Positions 18,989 to 29,080 of a DNA stretch of 54,732 bases are shown here, piece by piece (position 1 is the stretch's first letter; each line of letters opens with the position of its first letter). This DNA comes from Halieaceae bacterium. Its GTDB lineage: Bacteria; Pseudomonadota; Gammaproteobacteria; Pseudomonadales; Halieaceae. A model generated the notes under the pieces. It did no database searches, was not told where the DNA came from, and saw nothing but the letters and a program-made list of their open reading frames with translations. Both the position numbers and the translations under genes were made by a program. Location: NCBI GenBank assembly GCA_036350855.1, contig JAZBNW010000366.1, forward strand, positions 1-54,732. Reading direction: 5' to 3'.

Positions 18989-20446
18989 CTACGCGAGGTC
19001 ATATTCATGCAAGCCACTGTCGTCCTGCAGCTTGCTGTACTCCCTGAAGTTGCCAGGAAACAGGAAGGGGGCGTGACCCGCGGCATTGCGGTAGTAACTC
19101 TGGCAGTCCTGCGAAGCCCAGGAAAACCGGGAAAAACGCGCCGCCAGCCAGTCGTTGTAGCGCTCGAAAACGTCCCGCTTCACCGCCATCTCACTGGCGC
19201 CTGCCGACTGCTTTTCCCGCAGGAGCCGCACTATCGTTTCCACATTTTTCTCTGCCGTGACGAAGTAGGACACCGTCAACGGCAGGCCGTTGGGGCCGAC
19301 GGCAAAAAAGTAATTGGGGAAACCCGGAACCGCGATCCCCTTGTGTGCCCTGGGCTCATCCGCCATCACGTCCGCCAGCGACTCGCCACCGGCGCCCACC
19401 ACCTCGATGCGATCAAAGTCCAGAATGCGGTAGCCGGTACAGTAGATGATCACATCCACGTCAACGGCACGGCCACTTGCCGTCACCAGCCCGGTGGCGG
19501 TGACCTCCTGCAGGCCGGAGGGAATCAGTTCCACATTGTCCCGGTTCAGGGCCGGGTAGAAGTCGTCGGAGACCAGGCCACGCTTGCAACCATAGCGGCT
19601 GTCGGGAATAAGGGCCTCGCGCAACGCCGGTTCGTCGACACTGCGCGCGATATATTTGCGGACCACGTTCTCGAACTGGTCCATGCGCTTGTGGCCCAGG
19701 GTTACCGCATACTGGACCTGTCCCATCAGCGCAGCCTGCCACTTGCGCGTCAGCGTGATGATGACAGGAAAGCGCCGGGCGCGCCGCCGCTGTTTCTCGC
19801 TGTAGGTCTTTTTACCCCGCGGCATGATCCAGTTGGCGGAACGCTGCAACACGGTCAGGTGAGCGGCGACTTTTGCGACCTCCGGTACGATCTGCACCGC
19901 ACTGGCCGCAGAACCGATCACCGCAACGCGTTTGCCGCGCAGATCCACGTCGTGGTTCCAGCGCGTGCCGTGCCAGCTGTCGCCCTGAAACAGGTCCATC
20001 CCTTTCACGTCCGGGTAATTCGGTGTGTGCTGGTTGCCCATCGCGTTGATCACCACATCGCACTCGAACTGCTCGCCGTCCCCGGTTTGCAGTTGCCAGG
20101 TACCGCCCTGCCGGTAGTGCGCACTGGTGATCCGGGTGTTGAACCGGAAGTGGGGGTCCAGTCCAAACTGTGTGGCACAGCGGGCAAGGTAAGCCTGGAT
20201 TTCGGGCTGGTCGACAAAACTGGCGCTCCAGTCCGGATTGGGCGCATAGGAAAAGGTATAGGAGTGCGCCCACACATCGCAGGCCAGGCCCGGGTAGGTA
20301 TGCAGGCGCCAGGTGCCGCCGGGGGCGTCCAGCGCATCGAAGATGGTAATGTCGTCAAAGCCATTGCGCAGCAGCTCGCGCCCCGCGGCGATACCCGCGG
20401 GGCCGGCACCGATAATCGCTACCCGCAGTTGCCTGTCGTCCAGCAT
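18989..20446 (-). CDS. type I Baeyer-Villiger / flavin-containing monooxygenase
   Basis: I re-set the start to ATG 20446 (MLDDRQLRVAIIGAGPAGIAAG). BVMO fingerprint FxGxxxHxxxW is present (FQGDSWHGTRW). Second Rossmann motif GKRVAVIGSAASAVQ. Confidence 0.85.
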   Translation of the reverse strand: MLDDRQLRVAIIGAGPAGIAAGRELLRNGFDDITIFDALDAPGGTWRLHTYPGLACDVWAHSYTFSYAPNPDWSASFVDQPEIQAYLARCATQFGLDPHFRFNTRITSAHYRQGGTWQLQTGDGEQFECDVVINAMGNQHTPNYPDVKGMDLFQGDSWHGTRWNHDVDLRGKRVAVIGSAASAVQIVPEVAKVAAHLTVLQRSANWIMPRGKKTYSEKQRRRARRFPVIITLTRKWQAALMGQVQYAVTLGHKRMDQFENVVRKYIARSVDEPALREALIPDSRYGCKRGLVSDDFYPALNRDNVELIPSGLQEVTATGLVTASGRAVDVDVIIYCTGYRILDFDRIEVVGAGGESLADVMADEPRAHKGIAVPGFPNYFFAVGPNGLPLTVSYFVTAEKNVETIVRLLREKQSAGASEMAVKRDVFERYNDWLAARFSRFSWASQDCQSYYRNAAGHAPFLFPGNFREYSKLQDDSGLHEYDLA

Positions 20447-20575
20447 GATCCTGCCCCTGTTATTGCGGACGAGTTTCACACCTATTGCTGCCAAGGTCCA
20501 AGCCGGCATCCGATCATGGGCTGCCAGACCAGGAAGTTAAACCCTGGGCGTCAGGGCCCCGACAACTGGCGTCCG

Positions 20576-22648
20576 TCAGCCGAAGCGACCACCCTTTTCG
20601 GCCAGGTCGACGAGATACTGGCTGGGCTGCCAGAAGTCACTGCCAGTGCTCTTGCGGTAGCCGCGCAGCTTCTCCACCACCTTGTCCAGGCCGAGGCTGT
20701 TGGCGTAGTGCATGGGACCACCGCGGTAAACCGGCCAGCCATAGCCGTACACATAGACGACGTCGATGTCGCTGGCGCGAATGGCGATGCCCTCCTCCAG
20801 TATCTTCGCGCCCTCATTGATCATCGGCAGGATGCAACGCTCCAGTATCTCCTCATCGGAAATCTCGCGCTGGCTGATGCCGGCTTTGGCGGCAAACTCC
20901 GCATACAGGGCCTGTACGATGGGCGCCGGTGTCGGCGTGCGGTTTTCATCGTAGTCGTAGAAGCCGGCGGAGGTCTTCTGTCCACGCCTGTCCATTTCGC
21001 AGAGCCGCTCGCGCACAGTGGCGCCTTTCGACGTACTGGCATTCCAGCCGATATCCAGCCCGGCGAGATCGGACATCTGGAAGGCGCCCATGGGAAAGCC
21101 GAAGTCGAACAACACCTTGTCGATACGGTGCGGCGGCGCGCCCTCCAGCGCCAGCTGCTCTGCCTGGTGCTGGCGCACGAACAGAATGCGATTGCCGACG
21201 AAGCCGTGGCAAACGCCGACCAGCACCGCCACTTTACGGATGCGTTTGGCGAAGGACATGCAGGTCTTGATCACCTCTTTCGAGGTCTTGTCGCCGCGTA
21301 CCACTTCCAGCAACTTCATCACGTTGGCCGGCGAGAAAAAGTGCAGACCGATCACGGACTCAGGGCGTTTCGTGACGGCGGCTATCTCGTTGATATCGAG
21401 GGCAGATGTGTTTGAAGCGAGAATGGCGCCGGGCCGGGCAATGGCGTCGAGCCGGCTGAAGATGTCTTTCTTGACCGCCATATCCTCGAATACCGCCTCG
21501 ATGATCAGGTCGCAGTCGGCCAGGTCCTCCAGCGCCAGGGAGCCGGTAATCAGGCCCATCCGGTTCTCCACGTCGGTCTCGCTGATCCGGCCCTTGCGGG
21601 CCGTGTTCTCGTAGTTCCTGCGAATAACGCCCAGGCCGCGCTCCAGCGCCTCCTGTTTTACCTCCACGATAGTCACGGGAATCCCCACATTCAACATGTT
21701 CATGGCGATACCACCGCCCATGGTGCCGGAGCCGATGACACCGACTTTGGCAATGTGAATCTCGGGGGTATCCCTCGGCACATCGGGTATCTTGCCGGCC
21801 TGGCGCTCGGCAAAGAAAAAATACTGCTGGGCCGCCGCCTGGGGGCCGCTCATCAGCTCCATGAAAAGCTTGCGCTCGGTTTTCATACCCTCGTCGAAGG
21901 GCTGCTTCACCGCCGCCTCTATGCAGCGAATATTGTACTCCGGTGCGAGGAACCCCCGGGTCTTGCGCGCGATCGCCTGGCGGAAGCGGTCGAACACCTC
22001 GGGGTGCTCCCTGGCTGCCAGCAGTTTGTCGTCGCGATCGCGAATCCGCGTCAGTTTGCCGCCCCCGGCGACTTTCTCCCGGGCGAAGGCCAGGGCGCCC
22101 TCGCGCAGGTCGCCCTCGACAATGCGATCGACAAGCCCGGTTTCCAGCGCTTCGGCCGCGCCTATCGGCACACCCGAGGTCACCATCTGCAGGGCTTTTT
22201 CCACCCCGACCACCCGCGGCAGGCGCTGGGTACCGCCGGCGCCCGGCAGCAGGCCCAGGTTGACTTCCGGCAGGCCCAGCCTGGCGCCGGGCACGGCCAC
22301 CCTGAAATGACAACACAGCGCCGTCTCCAGCCCGCCGCCCAGGGCCGTGCCGTGGATAGCGGCGACGATCGGCTTGGCGGAGTTGTCAATCGCCTCGAGG
22401 ACCTCATGCAGCCCCGGCTCCACCGGTCCGCTGGCAAACTCGGTAATGTCCGCGCCGGCGATAAAGGTACCGCCCCTGCAGTGAATCACAATTGCCCGGG
22501 CAGTATCGTCGGCCAGCGCTTTGGCGACGCCCTCCTTCAGGCCCTGGCGCACGCCCTGGCTGAGCGCGTTCACCGGGGGGTTGTCCAGGGTGAGGACCGC
22601 CACGGAGTCCTCGACGTCGTAGTCGACCATGTTCGTCAGTTGTACCAT
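20576..22648 (-). CDS. bifunctional enoyl-CoA hydratase / 3-hydroxyacyl-CoA dehydrogenase (FadB/FadJ-like)
   Basis: I re-set the start to ATG 22648, preceded by a GGAGAG RBS. N-terminal crotonase fold (FIAGADI ... [13 protein letters not shown]). C-terminal 3HCDH Rossmann ([14 protein letters not shown]). Confidence 0.9.
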   Translation of the reverse strand: MVQLTNMVDYDVEDSVAVLTLDNPPVNALSQGVRQGLKEGVAKALADDTARAIVIHCRGGTFIAGADITEFASGPVEPGLHEVLEAIDNSAKPIVAAIHGTALGGGLETALCCHFRVAVPGARLGLPEVNLGLLPGAGGTQRLPRVVGVEKALQMVTSGVPIGAAEALETGLVDRIVEGDLREGALAFAREKVAGGGKLTRIRDRDDKLLAAREHPEVFDRFRQAIARKTRGFLAPEYNIRCIEAAVKQPFDEGMKTERKLFMELMSGPQAAAQQYFFFAERQAGKIPDVPRDTPEIHIAKVGVIGSGTMGGGIAMNMLNVGIPVTIVEVKQEALERGLGVIRRNYENTARKGRISETDVENRMGLITGSLALEDLADCDLIIEAVFEDMAVKKDIFSRLDAIARPGAILASNTSALDINEIAAVTKRPESVIGLHFFSPANVMKLLEVVRGDKTSKEVIKTCMSFAKRIRKVAVLVGVCHGFVGNRILFVRQHQAEQLALEGAPPHRIDKVLFDFGFPMGAFQMSDLAGLDIGWNASTSKGATVRERLCEMDRRGQKTSAGFYDYDENRTPTPAPIVQALYAEFAAKAGISQREISDEEILERCILPMINEGAKILEEGIAIRASDIDVVYVYGYGWPVYRGGPMHYANSLGLDKVVEKLRGYRKSTGSDFWQPSQYLVDLAEKGGRFG

Positions 22649-22698
22649 TGTTGCTCTCCTCAAATCATCGGCTTATCCGCAGGCGGTCCTGCGAACAT

Positions 22699-23637
22699 TC
22701 AGCCCGGGTACTGTTGCGACAGTCCCCTGACGGACTGGTAGAAACCGGCAATGGTGTCATCGATGATCTGCCTGGCGCTGAGCACCGCGTCGATGCGCCC
22801 GCATACTTCCCCTGACAGCGGTATTGCCGCCTCCATATCGCCACCGAAATAAAGCTGGGGAATCCCGGCCATATTTTCCATGACGTTGAATTTGCCCAGC
22901 GGCTCCAGCGCCGCCGTGCGATTCGTACGCAGGGCGCGCAGGGCGGGGCGCGACTGCTGGTTGAGAAACACGGTATCGGTTTCCCGCGCCGCCACCACCG
23001 CCTGTTTCCAGTTGTCGTGTACCGGCGACTCCAGTGAGGACAGCATCCGCGTCCCCATCTGCACCCCCTCGGCGCCCAGGGCGAAGGCGGCCGCCATCGA
23101 CGGGCCGTCACTGATGCCACCGGCGGCGATGATCGGCACATCGACCCTGGAGCGGATCAGCGGCAGCAACACCATGGTCGACACCGGGCTGGGGTTCTTG
23201 AAGCCGCCCCCTTCACCGCCCTCCACCACCAGTCCGTCGACGCCGGCATCGATGGCCTTCATCGCCATCTCCAGGGTGGGCACCACATGAAACACGGTGA
23301 TTCCCGCCGCCTGGAAATCCTTCGTGCAGACACTCGGGCTGCCGGAAGACGTGGTGACGAACCTGATGCCCTGCTCGATCACGAAATCGATGATATTGCC
23401 GCCCTTGACGTAGGACAGCGCGACGTTCATGCCAAAGGGCTTGTCGGTCAGCTCGCGCATCAGCTGGACCTCGCGCTTGATATTGTCCAGTTCGCCCGAG
23501 GAGGTCTCGATGATGCCCAGCCCCCCGGCGTTGCTGACCGCCGAGGCCAGCCGGGATCGGGCGATCCAGCCCATGGGGGCCTGTATGATCGGGTACCGGG
23601 TGCCTGTCAGCCTGGTCACGCGGTTATCAATTGTCAT
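22699..23637 (-). CDS. nitronate monooxygenase (NMO / 2-nitropropane dioxygenase / FabK-like) family protein, copy 1
   Basis: 312 aa FMN TIM-barrel pattern (YPIIQAPMGWIA ... SNAGGLGII ... IIAAGGISDG ... ALGAEGVQMGTR). It is a clear paralog of the gene at 33277-34248. Confidence 0.85.
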   Translation of the reverse strand: MTIDNRVTRLTGTRYPIIQAPMGWIARSRLASAVSNAGGLGIIETSSGELDNIKREVQLMRELTDKPFGMNVALSYVKGGNIIDFVIEQGIRFVTTSSGSPSVCTKDFQAAGITVFHVVPTLEMAMKAIDAGVDGLVVEGGEGGGFKNPSPVSTMVLLPLIRSRVDVPIIAAGGISDGPSMAAAFALGAEGVQMGTRMLSSLESPVHDNWKQAVVAARETDTVFLNQQSRPALRALRTNRTAALEPLGKFNVMENMAGIPQLYFGGDMEAAIPLSGEVCGRIDAVLSARQIIDDTIAGFYQSVRGLSQQYPG

Positions 23638-23670
23638 GGCGTATTTCCTCGTGTGGTTGATCTGCCGGGT

Positions 23671-24717
23671 TCACTGCGGGGCTGTCATCATATTCTCACA
23701 GCCGGTGCCGGCCAACAGCGCATCGACCCGCGCCCTGTCGGCAGCGCCCAGGTCCCGGTACTCCTGGTTGATCCAGCCGAGGCACTTGGCCTGGTAGGGA
23801 AACGCCTGCTGGCTCCACTGCTTGCCGTCGATGACGGCCTGCCAGTGCTTTTCACCGGCCCGCACCGCCCGGGCATTGGCCAGCAGCGCGGGCACATACA
23901 CCCGCCCGATTTCCACCAGGATTTCCCGCAGGCTGGCGGGCAGGGCCTCGGGGGCATGCCAGTCGGCGTCCACCGGTTCCAGTCCGGACAGGTCCTCCGC
24001 CAGCCCCGTCCACCCCACGGTGCGCATCGACAGGTCGTGAGCAATTGCGCGCGGGGTGGGATCACAGCCCACCAGCTGGCTGAACTGCCCGAACAGGGCA
24101 AAATCACCGGCGCCCGGGCGGCGCCCCAGCAGGAATGGCAGCTCGGCAAAGTGGTTTTCGAGGGCCCGAAGCAGGCGGCGGTAACTGGCGTCGATGACGG
24201 GCGCCGTGTCGTCGTTGGACCCGACGTAGCGCAGGCGACCAACCTGGCGCTCGCTGAACACCGCCTTGAATTGCCGCCAGTTGTCAGCGGGCAGGGTGAC
24301 ATCCATGTAGGTGGGCAGCAGGCTGCCCGCATTGTCGGCATCCTCGGCAAAATGCCAGCGGTAGTGGAACATGTACTTGGTGCACCATTCGTCGGCGAAG
24401 TCTTCCAGCAGGTAGTCGATAAACGCCAGGGCCGGGTCCGCCGGCACTACGCTGCGACCGCCAAATGCCTGCTCAAGCTCCCGGATGATGGGGGTGGAGT
24501 CACTGCGCGGTACGCTGTTGCCCGTATCGTCCCGGTAGAGAAAGGTGGGCAGGAAAACCAGCCTGGGCGCCGGGATAGCCCGCTTCCCCAGTTCCGCAGT
24601 CGGATCGCCCCAGATCATCCGGTAGGGAATCCGGCGGTAGCGCAAAAGCGCGAGCATCTTGCGGGTATAGGGTGATCCGGGAGATCCGATCAGCTCGACA
24701 GGTTGCGGTATTTGCAT
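23671..24717 (-). CDS. long GST-like protein (thioredoxin-like N-domain plus extended C-domain), paralog A
   Basis: 348 aa. GST N-domain-like start (GSPGSPYTRKMLALLRYRRIPY). It shares HYRW and LLG-RPG-GDF blocks with the 29713-30843 protein. Confidence 0.7.
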   Translation of the reverse strand: MQIPQPVELIGSPGSPYTRKMLALLRYRRIPYRMIWGDPTAELGKRAIPAPRLVFLPTFLYRDDTGNSVPRSDSTPIIRELEQAFGGRSVVPADPALAFIDYLLEDFADEWCTKYMFHYRWHFAEDADNAGSLLPTYMDVTLPADNWRQFKAVFSERQVGRLRYVGSNDDTAPVIDASYRRLLRALENHFAELPFLLGRRPGAGDFALFGQFSQLVGCDPTPRAIAHDLSMRTVGWTGLAEDLSGLEPVDADWHAPEALPASLREILVEIGRVYVPALLANARAVRAGEKHWQAVIDGKQWSQQAFPYQAKCLGWINQEYRDLGAADRARVDALLAGTGCENMMTAPQ

Positions 24718-24808
24718 TGAAATTTTCCTCGACGTGAATCCAGAGAGATTGTGGCGACGGGTTTTATAGCCCCTGCGCCGCTGCAGGGCAACCCGGCCGC
24801 CATTATAT

Positions 24809-24825
24809 TGGCATGTTTAGTGCCA
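24809..24825. promoter_or_regulatory. operator-like palindrome, site a: TGGCATGTTTAGTGCCA
   Basis: AT-flanked (ATATT...TTATG). It lies in the divergent region, 92 nt from the minus-strand GST-like start and 82 nt from the plus-strand GST start. An extra half-site, TTATGTCAC, follows at 24826-24834. Confidence 0.55.
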
Positions 24826-24906
24826 TTATGTCACACTTTCCTCCCGGGCAGACTGTCAGCGAGAATAGCGTTGCCACCCCATTCGGACCAGAGAAGGAGA
24901 GACACC

Positions 24907-25590
24907 ATGATCGACCTGTACACAGCGCCCACGCCCAATGGCTACAAGGCGTCCTGCACACTGGAAGAACTGGGCATGGCGTATTCTGTGAAGGTGGTGG
25001 ACATCCGCGCGGGCGACCAGCACAGGCCGGAATTCAGGGCCCTGAACCCCAATGGTCGCATCCCGGTGATCGTCGACCGTGCCAATGACGACTTCGCGGT
25101 ATTCGAGTCGGGCGCCATCATGATCTACCTGGCCGAGCAGGCCGGCGCCCTGCTGCCGACGGACGTCAAGGGGCGCTCCCGGGTAATCCAGTGGCTGATG
25201 TTCCAGATCGGCGGCATCGGGCCGATGATGGGCCAGGCCAACGTTTTTTATCGCTATTTCCCGGAGAAAATCGAAGCCGCCATCAACCGCTACCAGCACG
25301 AGGGCCGCCGGCTGTTCGAGGTGCTGGACACCCGCCTGGGCCAGAGCGAATGGCTGGCGGACGACTACTCCATTGCCGATATCGCCAACTGGTGCTGGGT
25401 GAGAACCTACAAGTGGTCCGGGATCTCCCGGGACGGTCTCGACAACCTCGATCGCTGGCTCAACGTGATGAAGGAGAAACCCGGTCTCCAGCGGGGCGTC
25501 ACCGTGCCCATCGCGATAGACAGCCTTATCGAGGACAAGGAAAAAGCGGAAGAATTCGCCAGGAACGCACGCAGCTCACTGCAGACCTGA
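24907..25590 (+). CDS. glutathione S-transferase, Nu-class (YfcG/YghU-like)
   Basis: I re-set the start to ATG 24907 after a [35 protein letters not shown] ... [11 protein letters not shown] ... [12 protein letters not shown] is typical of Nu-class GSTs. Confidence 0.85.
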   Translation: MIDLYTAPTPNGYKASCTLEELGMAYSVKVVDIRAGDQHRPEFRALNPNGRIPVIVDRANDDFAVFESGAIMIYLAEQAGALLPTDVKGRSRVIQWLMFQIGGIGPMMGQANVFYRYFPEKIEAAINRYQHEGRRLFEVLDTRLGQSEWLADDYSIADIANWCWVRTYKWSGISRDGLDNLDRWLNVMKEKPGLQRGVTVPIAIDSLIEDKEKAEEFARNARSSLQT

Positions 25591-25636
25591 GCCGGCAGAC
25601 AAGCCATGCCGGGGAGTCCCCGAGGCACCCCCTGGT

Positions 25637-26689
25637 TCAACTCGTCAGGGAGTGGACGAAACCCGCCAGCGCCTCGGCGTAAGCCTGCACTTTTTCCGCG
25701 GGCAAGCCCCAGATGGGTGGCGTCGGGCACATGCTGTCCGCTATCTGCCAGAACGGCTCTACCTTCTCGGCCACCTCGTCCATGGGGCCACAGGCAGCGA
25801 AGGCCTCGACCATCTCGTCGGGCACGTGCTGCTTGAGCGCCTCCACGTCCACTCCCTGCTTGATTTCGTGCTGGCAGGCCCGGGCCTCTTTGGCAAAGCC
25901 GTGAGCATCAAAGAACGAGTCGTAGACACTGATACTGGCATAGAAGGCGACCGTACCGCGAGCATCCTCAACCGCCTGCTTGCGGTCATCGTTTATCGCC
26001 ATCCACGGCCAGACGTTAACCTCCAGCTCGCTGCGCTTGCGACCCGACTTTGCCAGGGCATCATCGATGACCGGACCCATCTCATTGACCGCCCAGCTGG
26101 GGGACCACATGGGATGGCCGATAACGCCATCGGCAATCTCCACCCCGGTTCGCAGCAGTGTCTCCCGCAGCGCCGCCACCCAGATCGGGATCTCGGTGCG
26201 CACCGGCGGGTCAGTGGGTTTCAGCTCCCGGAACGTGGCCTTGAAGTATTCACCCTCATAGGGTTCAAGCCCCTTGTGGGCACCGGCGATAATGTGGCGG
26301 ACCGCGGCGACGGTGTCGCGCAACTGCGCGACGGGTTTGTAATGCGGGCTGCCGAAGATATCGCTGGTCCAGACCGGGGCACTGGAGCCCAGGCCGAGAA
26401 TGAAGCGCCCGCCGCTGATGCGATCCACATCAATGGCGGCCATGGCGGTCTCGAAGGGGCTGCGCGTACCGGCAATCGCGATGCCGGTGGCCACTTTCAG
26501 GCGGGTGGTGGCTGCCGCGGCAACCGCCAGTGGAATAAAGGGCGGGCCGAATACCTGGTAGCTGAAGGCGCCGGTGTAACCCAGATCCTCCATCAGCTTC
26601 GCGGTTTCCATCAACTGCTGGCCTGGCATGACCGGGATGACTCCCCAGTACTCGCGCTTCCCCCCCACTGCATTCTTCTTGTCTGACAT
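25637..26689 (-). CDS. LLM-class (luciferase-like) flavin/F420-dependent oxidoreductase
   Basis: I re-set the start to ATG 26689 after an AGGGAG RBS. TIM-barrel LLM pattern (RLKVATGIAIAGTRSPFETAMAAIDVDRISGGRFILGLGSS). Confidence 0.8.
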   Translation of the reverse strand: MSDKKNAVGGKREYWGVIPVMPGQQLMETAKLMEDLGYTGAFSYQVFGPPFIPLAVAAAATTRLKVATGIAIAGTRSPFETAMAAIDVDRISGGRFILGLGSSAPVWTSDIFGSPHYKPVAQLRDTVAAVRHIIAGAHKGLEPYEGEYFKATFRELKPTDPPVRTEIPIWVAALRETLLRTGVEIADGVIGHPMWSPSWAVNEMGPVIDDALAKSGRKRSELEVNVWPWMAINDDRKQAVEDARGTVAFYASISVYDSFFDAHGFAKEARACQHEIKQGVDVEALKQHVPDEMVEAFAACGPMDEVAEKVEPFWQIADSMCPTPPIWGLPAEKVQAYAEALAGFVHSLTS

Positions 26690-26768
26690 CACCGACTCCC
26701 TCTTGATAAATGACATTCCTGAGTGTGACACAAAATCAGGAAAATGACTGTTGCCTCGTGTACCTCGT

Positions 26769-28346
26769 CTAGAAGCGATAACGCGACATCAGCTGCAACT
26801 GTGTTGCGTCGCCCTCCTCGCCGTTTTCATTCTGACGTTGCCCCCACAGGTACTCCACGCCCAGGTCAATGCGCCTGGTGGGTGACCAGAGCAGGTTGGT
26901 GGCGAAACGATAGGTGCGTTTGTAAGCATCAGCAGCAACAAACCCGGGGTTGTTGACGTCGACAAAACCAAACGTGAAATTCGATCTGAAATTTCTCTCA
27001 CCACCCCACCAGTGTTGCCAGGACGTATAGCCGGCCAGCACGTCGAACAGCTGCAGATCGCCATCGACCGGGTCAAATATGCCGTCAAAGTTGCCAACGC
27101 TCGCAAGGTCATTGACATAGCGGCCTATGCCATCACCCTGGCTGAGCTGGAATACCAGGCTGTCGCGCTCGTCAAAGTAGGGCGTCACAAAACGTCCGCT
27201 GGCGGAGACACCCCAGGCGTATTGCTTGGACACGCCCGCACCGAAGCCCGGGTCGGCCTGACCGCGTATCTGGCGCCCCAGCACGCTGAGCTTCATGTGC
27301 AGCCTGTCGTTGGGGTTGAAGCGGCCGGACACCACGACATCGGGCGCGCGGGTGACACCACCGCCATTCTGTATTTCGGGATTGGGGTCTTCGAGAGAGA
27401 GTTCCAGGCCGTACTCGGCACCCCGTTTCGGCATCAGCCTTACCTGTGCCTGACGCACGTTGATACGCCCGTTCAGGCCTTCAAAATCGACCTCTTCCGG
27501 GCTGGCGTCGGTGTCCATGAAGGCAGACCAGGTTTTACCGGCAAGAACCCGGTTCCACTGCCCAAAGGCGTGGCGCAGGCGGAATGTGTCGCCATCTCCG
27601 GCAAAATCACCCTCGATAAAAGCGCGCAAGATGCCTACGTCGGTGGGCTCCCGAAGATCGAAGTTGAGCCGCGACTGGGAGGCGGTGATACTGCTTTCCG
27701 CCTCGGCAGTGGATGCGTTGTTCTGTCCCACGGGGATAGAACCGACAATAAACCGGTCCGCGATCTCCAGGGGATCGAAATTATAGACAACAGCTGTTTT
27801 GACAAAGCCGCCGATCCGCAGGGCCGCGTCAGTCCCCGGCAGCCGCCAGCCACCGACAAAGTCTGACAGCAGGACCCGGGTAGGGTCATCCACCTGGGCT
27901 TTTGCCACGGACTTTCCCAGGTCCGCTTGCTGCTGCTGGGTGCTTGGCGGTTGATCCTGAACCTCCACGGCAACAAGCTGCTGCTCCGTATCTGCGGGTA
28001 TTGCCGGCCGGGGCTCGGCAGTCGGCGTGTCAGCAGTGACCACTGGCGGCTCGCCCGAGGCCACCACCGCCACCGCGCTTACCGGTGCCGCGGGAGCGCG
28101 CAGCACAACGAGTTCGTTTTCCAGGTTGCTGATCTGCAGCGCCTGGGCCTCCAGCAGTTTCCGTTGCTCTGCGAGCTCTTTCTGCTGCTGCTGTAACAGG
28201 GCAATGACCTGGCTCATATCCATACCCGGTTCGGGTGCGGAGGCCTGACTTTGGGATTGGTCTTCAGGTCCATCGGCGAGCGCGCCATAAGCTGACGTCG
28301 ACAGGATACTGAGCACTAACGCAATACAGCGGGCAAAAACTGGCAT
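26769..28346 (-). CDS. DcaP-like outer-membrane porin (N-terminal coiled coil plus beta-barrel)
   Basis: 525 aa with a signal peptide. Gln/Leu-rich coiled-coil segment (LLQQQQKELAEQRKLLEAQALQISNLENELVVL). Alternating beta-strand pattern, with the C-terminal ...LMSRYRF aromatic end typical of outer-membrane proteins. Confidence 0.7.
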   Translation of the reverse strand: MPVFARCIALVLSILSTSAYGALADGPEDQSQSQASAPEPGMDMSQVIALLQQQQKELAEQRKLLEAQALQISNLENELVVLRAPAAPVSAVAVVASGEPPVVTADTPTAEPRPAIPADTEQQLVAVEVQDQPPSTQQQQADLGKSVAKAQVDDPTRVLLSDFVGGWRLPGTDAALRIGGFVKTAVVYNFDPLEIADRFIVGSIPVGQNNASTAEAESSITASQSRLNFDLREPTDVGILRAFIEGDFAGDGDTFRLRHAFGQWNRVLAGKTWSAFMDTDASPEEVDFEGLNGRINVRQAQVRLMPKRGAEYGLELSLEDPNPEIQNGGGVTRAPDVVVSGRFNPNDRLHMKLSVLGRQIRGQADPGFGAGVSKQYAWGVSASGRFVTPYFDERDSLVFQLSQGDGIGRYVNDLASVGNFDGIFDPVDGDLQLFDVLAGYTSWQHWWGGERNFRSNFTFGFVDVNNPGFVAADAYKRTYRFATNLLWSPTRRIDLGVEYLWGQRQNENGEEGDATQLQLMSRYRF

Positions 28347-28516
28347 CTACTATCCTCCTGGCCTGACGGACGTGCAGGCTGCTGGCCGGATAAAGGGTAA
28401 CTGATTTTGACTTTGCCCTGTATACCCGAAACAGCCGGAGGTGTTGACAGCGTCGTCCTGAGCGGCAGACACTGCATGCTTTGCACAACGCCACTGATTG
28501 AGAAGGGAACCCGGCG

Positions 28517-28972
28517 ATGGCTGACAGTAATAATGCAGTGAGGGGCGTGAACCCACCCAAGTGGATTCTGAAAACCATGTCGCGCACGCATATCTTCCTG
28601 AACAAGCTGACCGGCGGCAAGATGTTCAATACCCTGGCGGGCGACGAGGTCTGCTTTGTCACCATGACCGGCGCAAAGTCCGGTCGCGGTATCACCATGC
28701 CGCTGATGTATGTTCCCTACAACCAGGGTGTCCTGCTGGTGGCTTCCATGGGCGGGGCAGTGAAAAACCCTGTCTGGTACTACAATATTGCCAGGAACCC
28801 TGAAATTTCCGTCAGGTATCGCGGCAAGCAGATGACGCTGCGGGCAAGGCTCGCCACAGCGGAAGAAAAACCCGCTCTCTGGCCGCTGTGTGACGCGGCC
28901 TATGCACCCTATGCCGACTACCGTGCACGGACCGATCGCGACATTCCGATTTTTGTCTGCGAACCGGTTTAG
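28517..28972 (+). CDS. deazaflavin-dependent nitroreductase (DDN / PF04075-type) family oxidoreductase
   Basis: 151 aa. Family-typical blocks are TGAKSGRGITMPLMY, GGAVKNPVWYYNIARNP and YADYRARTDRDIPIFVCEP. Confidence 0.8.
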   Translation: MADSNNAVRGVNPPKWILKTMSRTHIFLNKLTGGKMFNTLAGDEVCFVTMTGAKSGRGITMPLMYVPYNQGVLLVASMGGAVKNPVWYYNIARNPEISVRYRGKQMTLRARLATAEEKPALWPLCDAAYAPYADYRARTDRDIPIFVCEPV

Positions 28973-29080
28973 CGCGGGATCTCACCAGGGCCTGCATGCC
29001 TGCGCGGAGCGGGTGCAGGATGCCCCGGGCCATCTGGTTGGCACTGGTGCTGACTTTTGAGGTGGTTGCCGCGCCAGGGT

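Noticed and set aside
17522-21415. A 1297-aa plus-strand ORF spanning three minus-strand genes.
   Set aside because: It is antisense to well-supported dikinase, BVMO and FadB-like genes and runs straight through their intergenic gaps. Its composition (Arg/Gly/His/Pro/Ala/Val-rich) is typical of stop-free shadow frames in high-GC3 DNA. No family motif is visible.
25592-25612. Short GC hairpins after several genes as Rho-independent terminators (25592-25612, 40344-40361, 47606-47622 approx., 28990-29020 approx.).
   Set aside because: The stems are only 6 bp with no following U-tract. They are indistinguishable from chance palindromes in GC-rich DNA.
26690-26768. A possible fifth regulon site upstream of the LLM gene (TGTCACACTCAGGAATGTCA on the minus strand, sharing TGTCACACT with the half-site next to site a).
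   Set aside because: The half-site spacing is N10 rather than N7, and the AT-rich flanks differ. The similarity is limited to one 9-mer.
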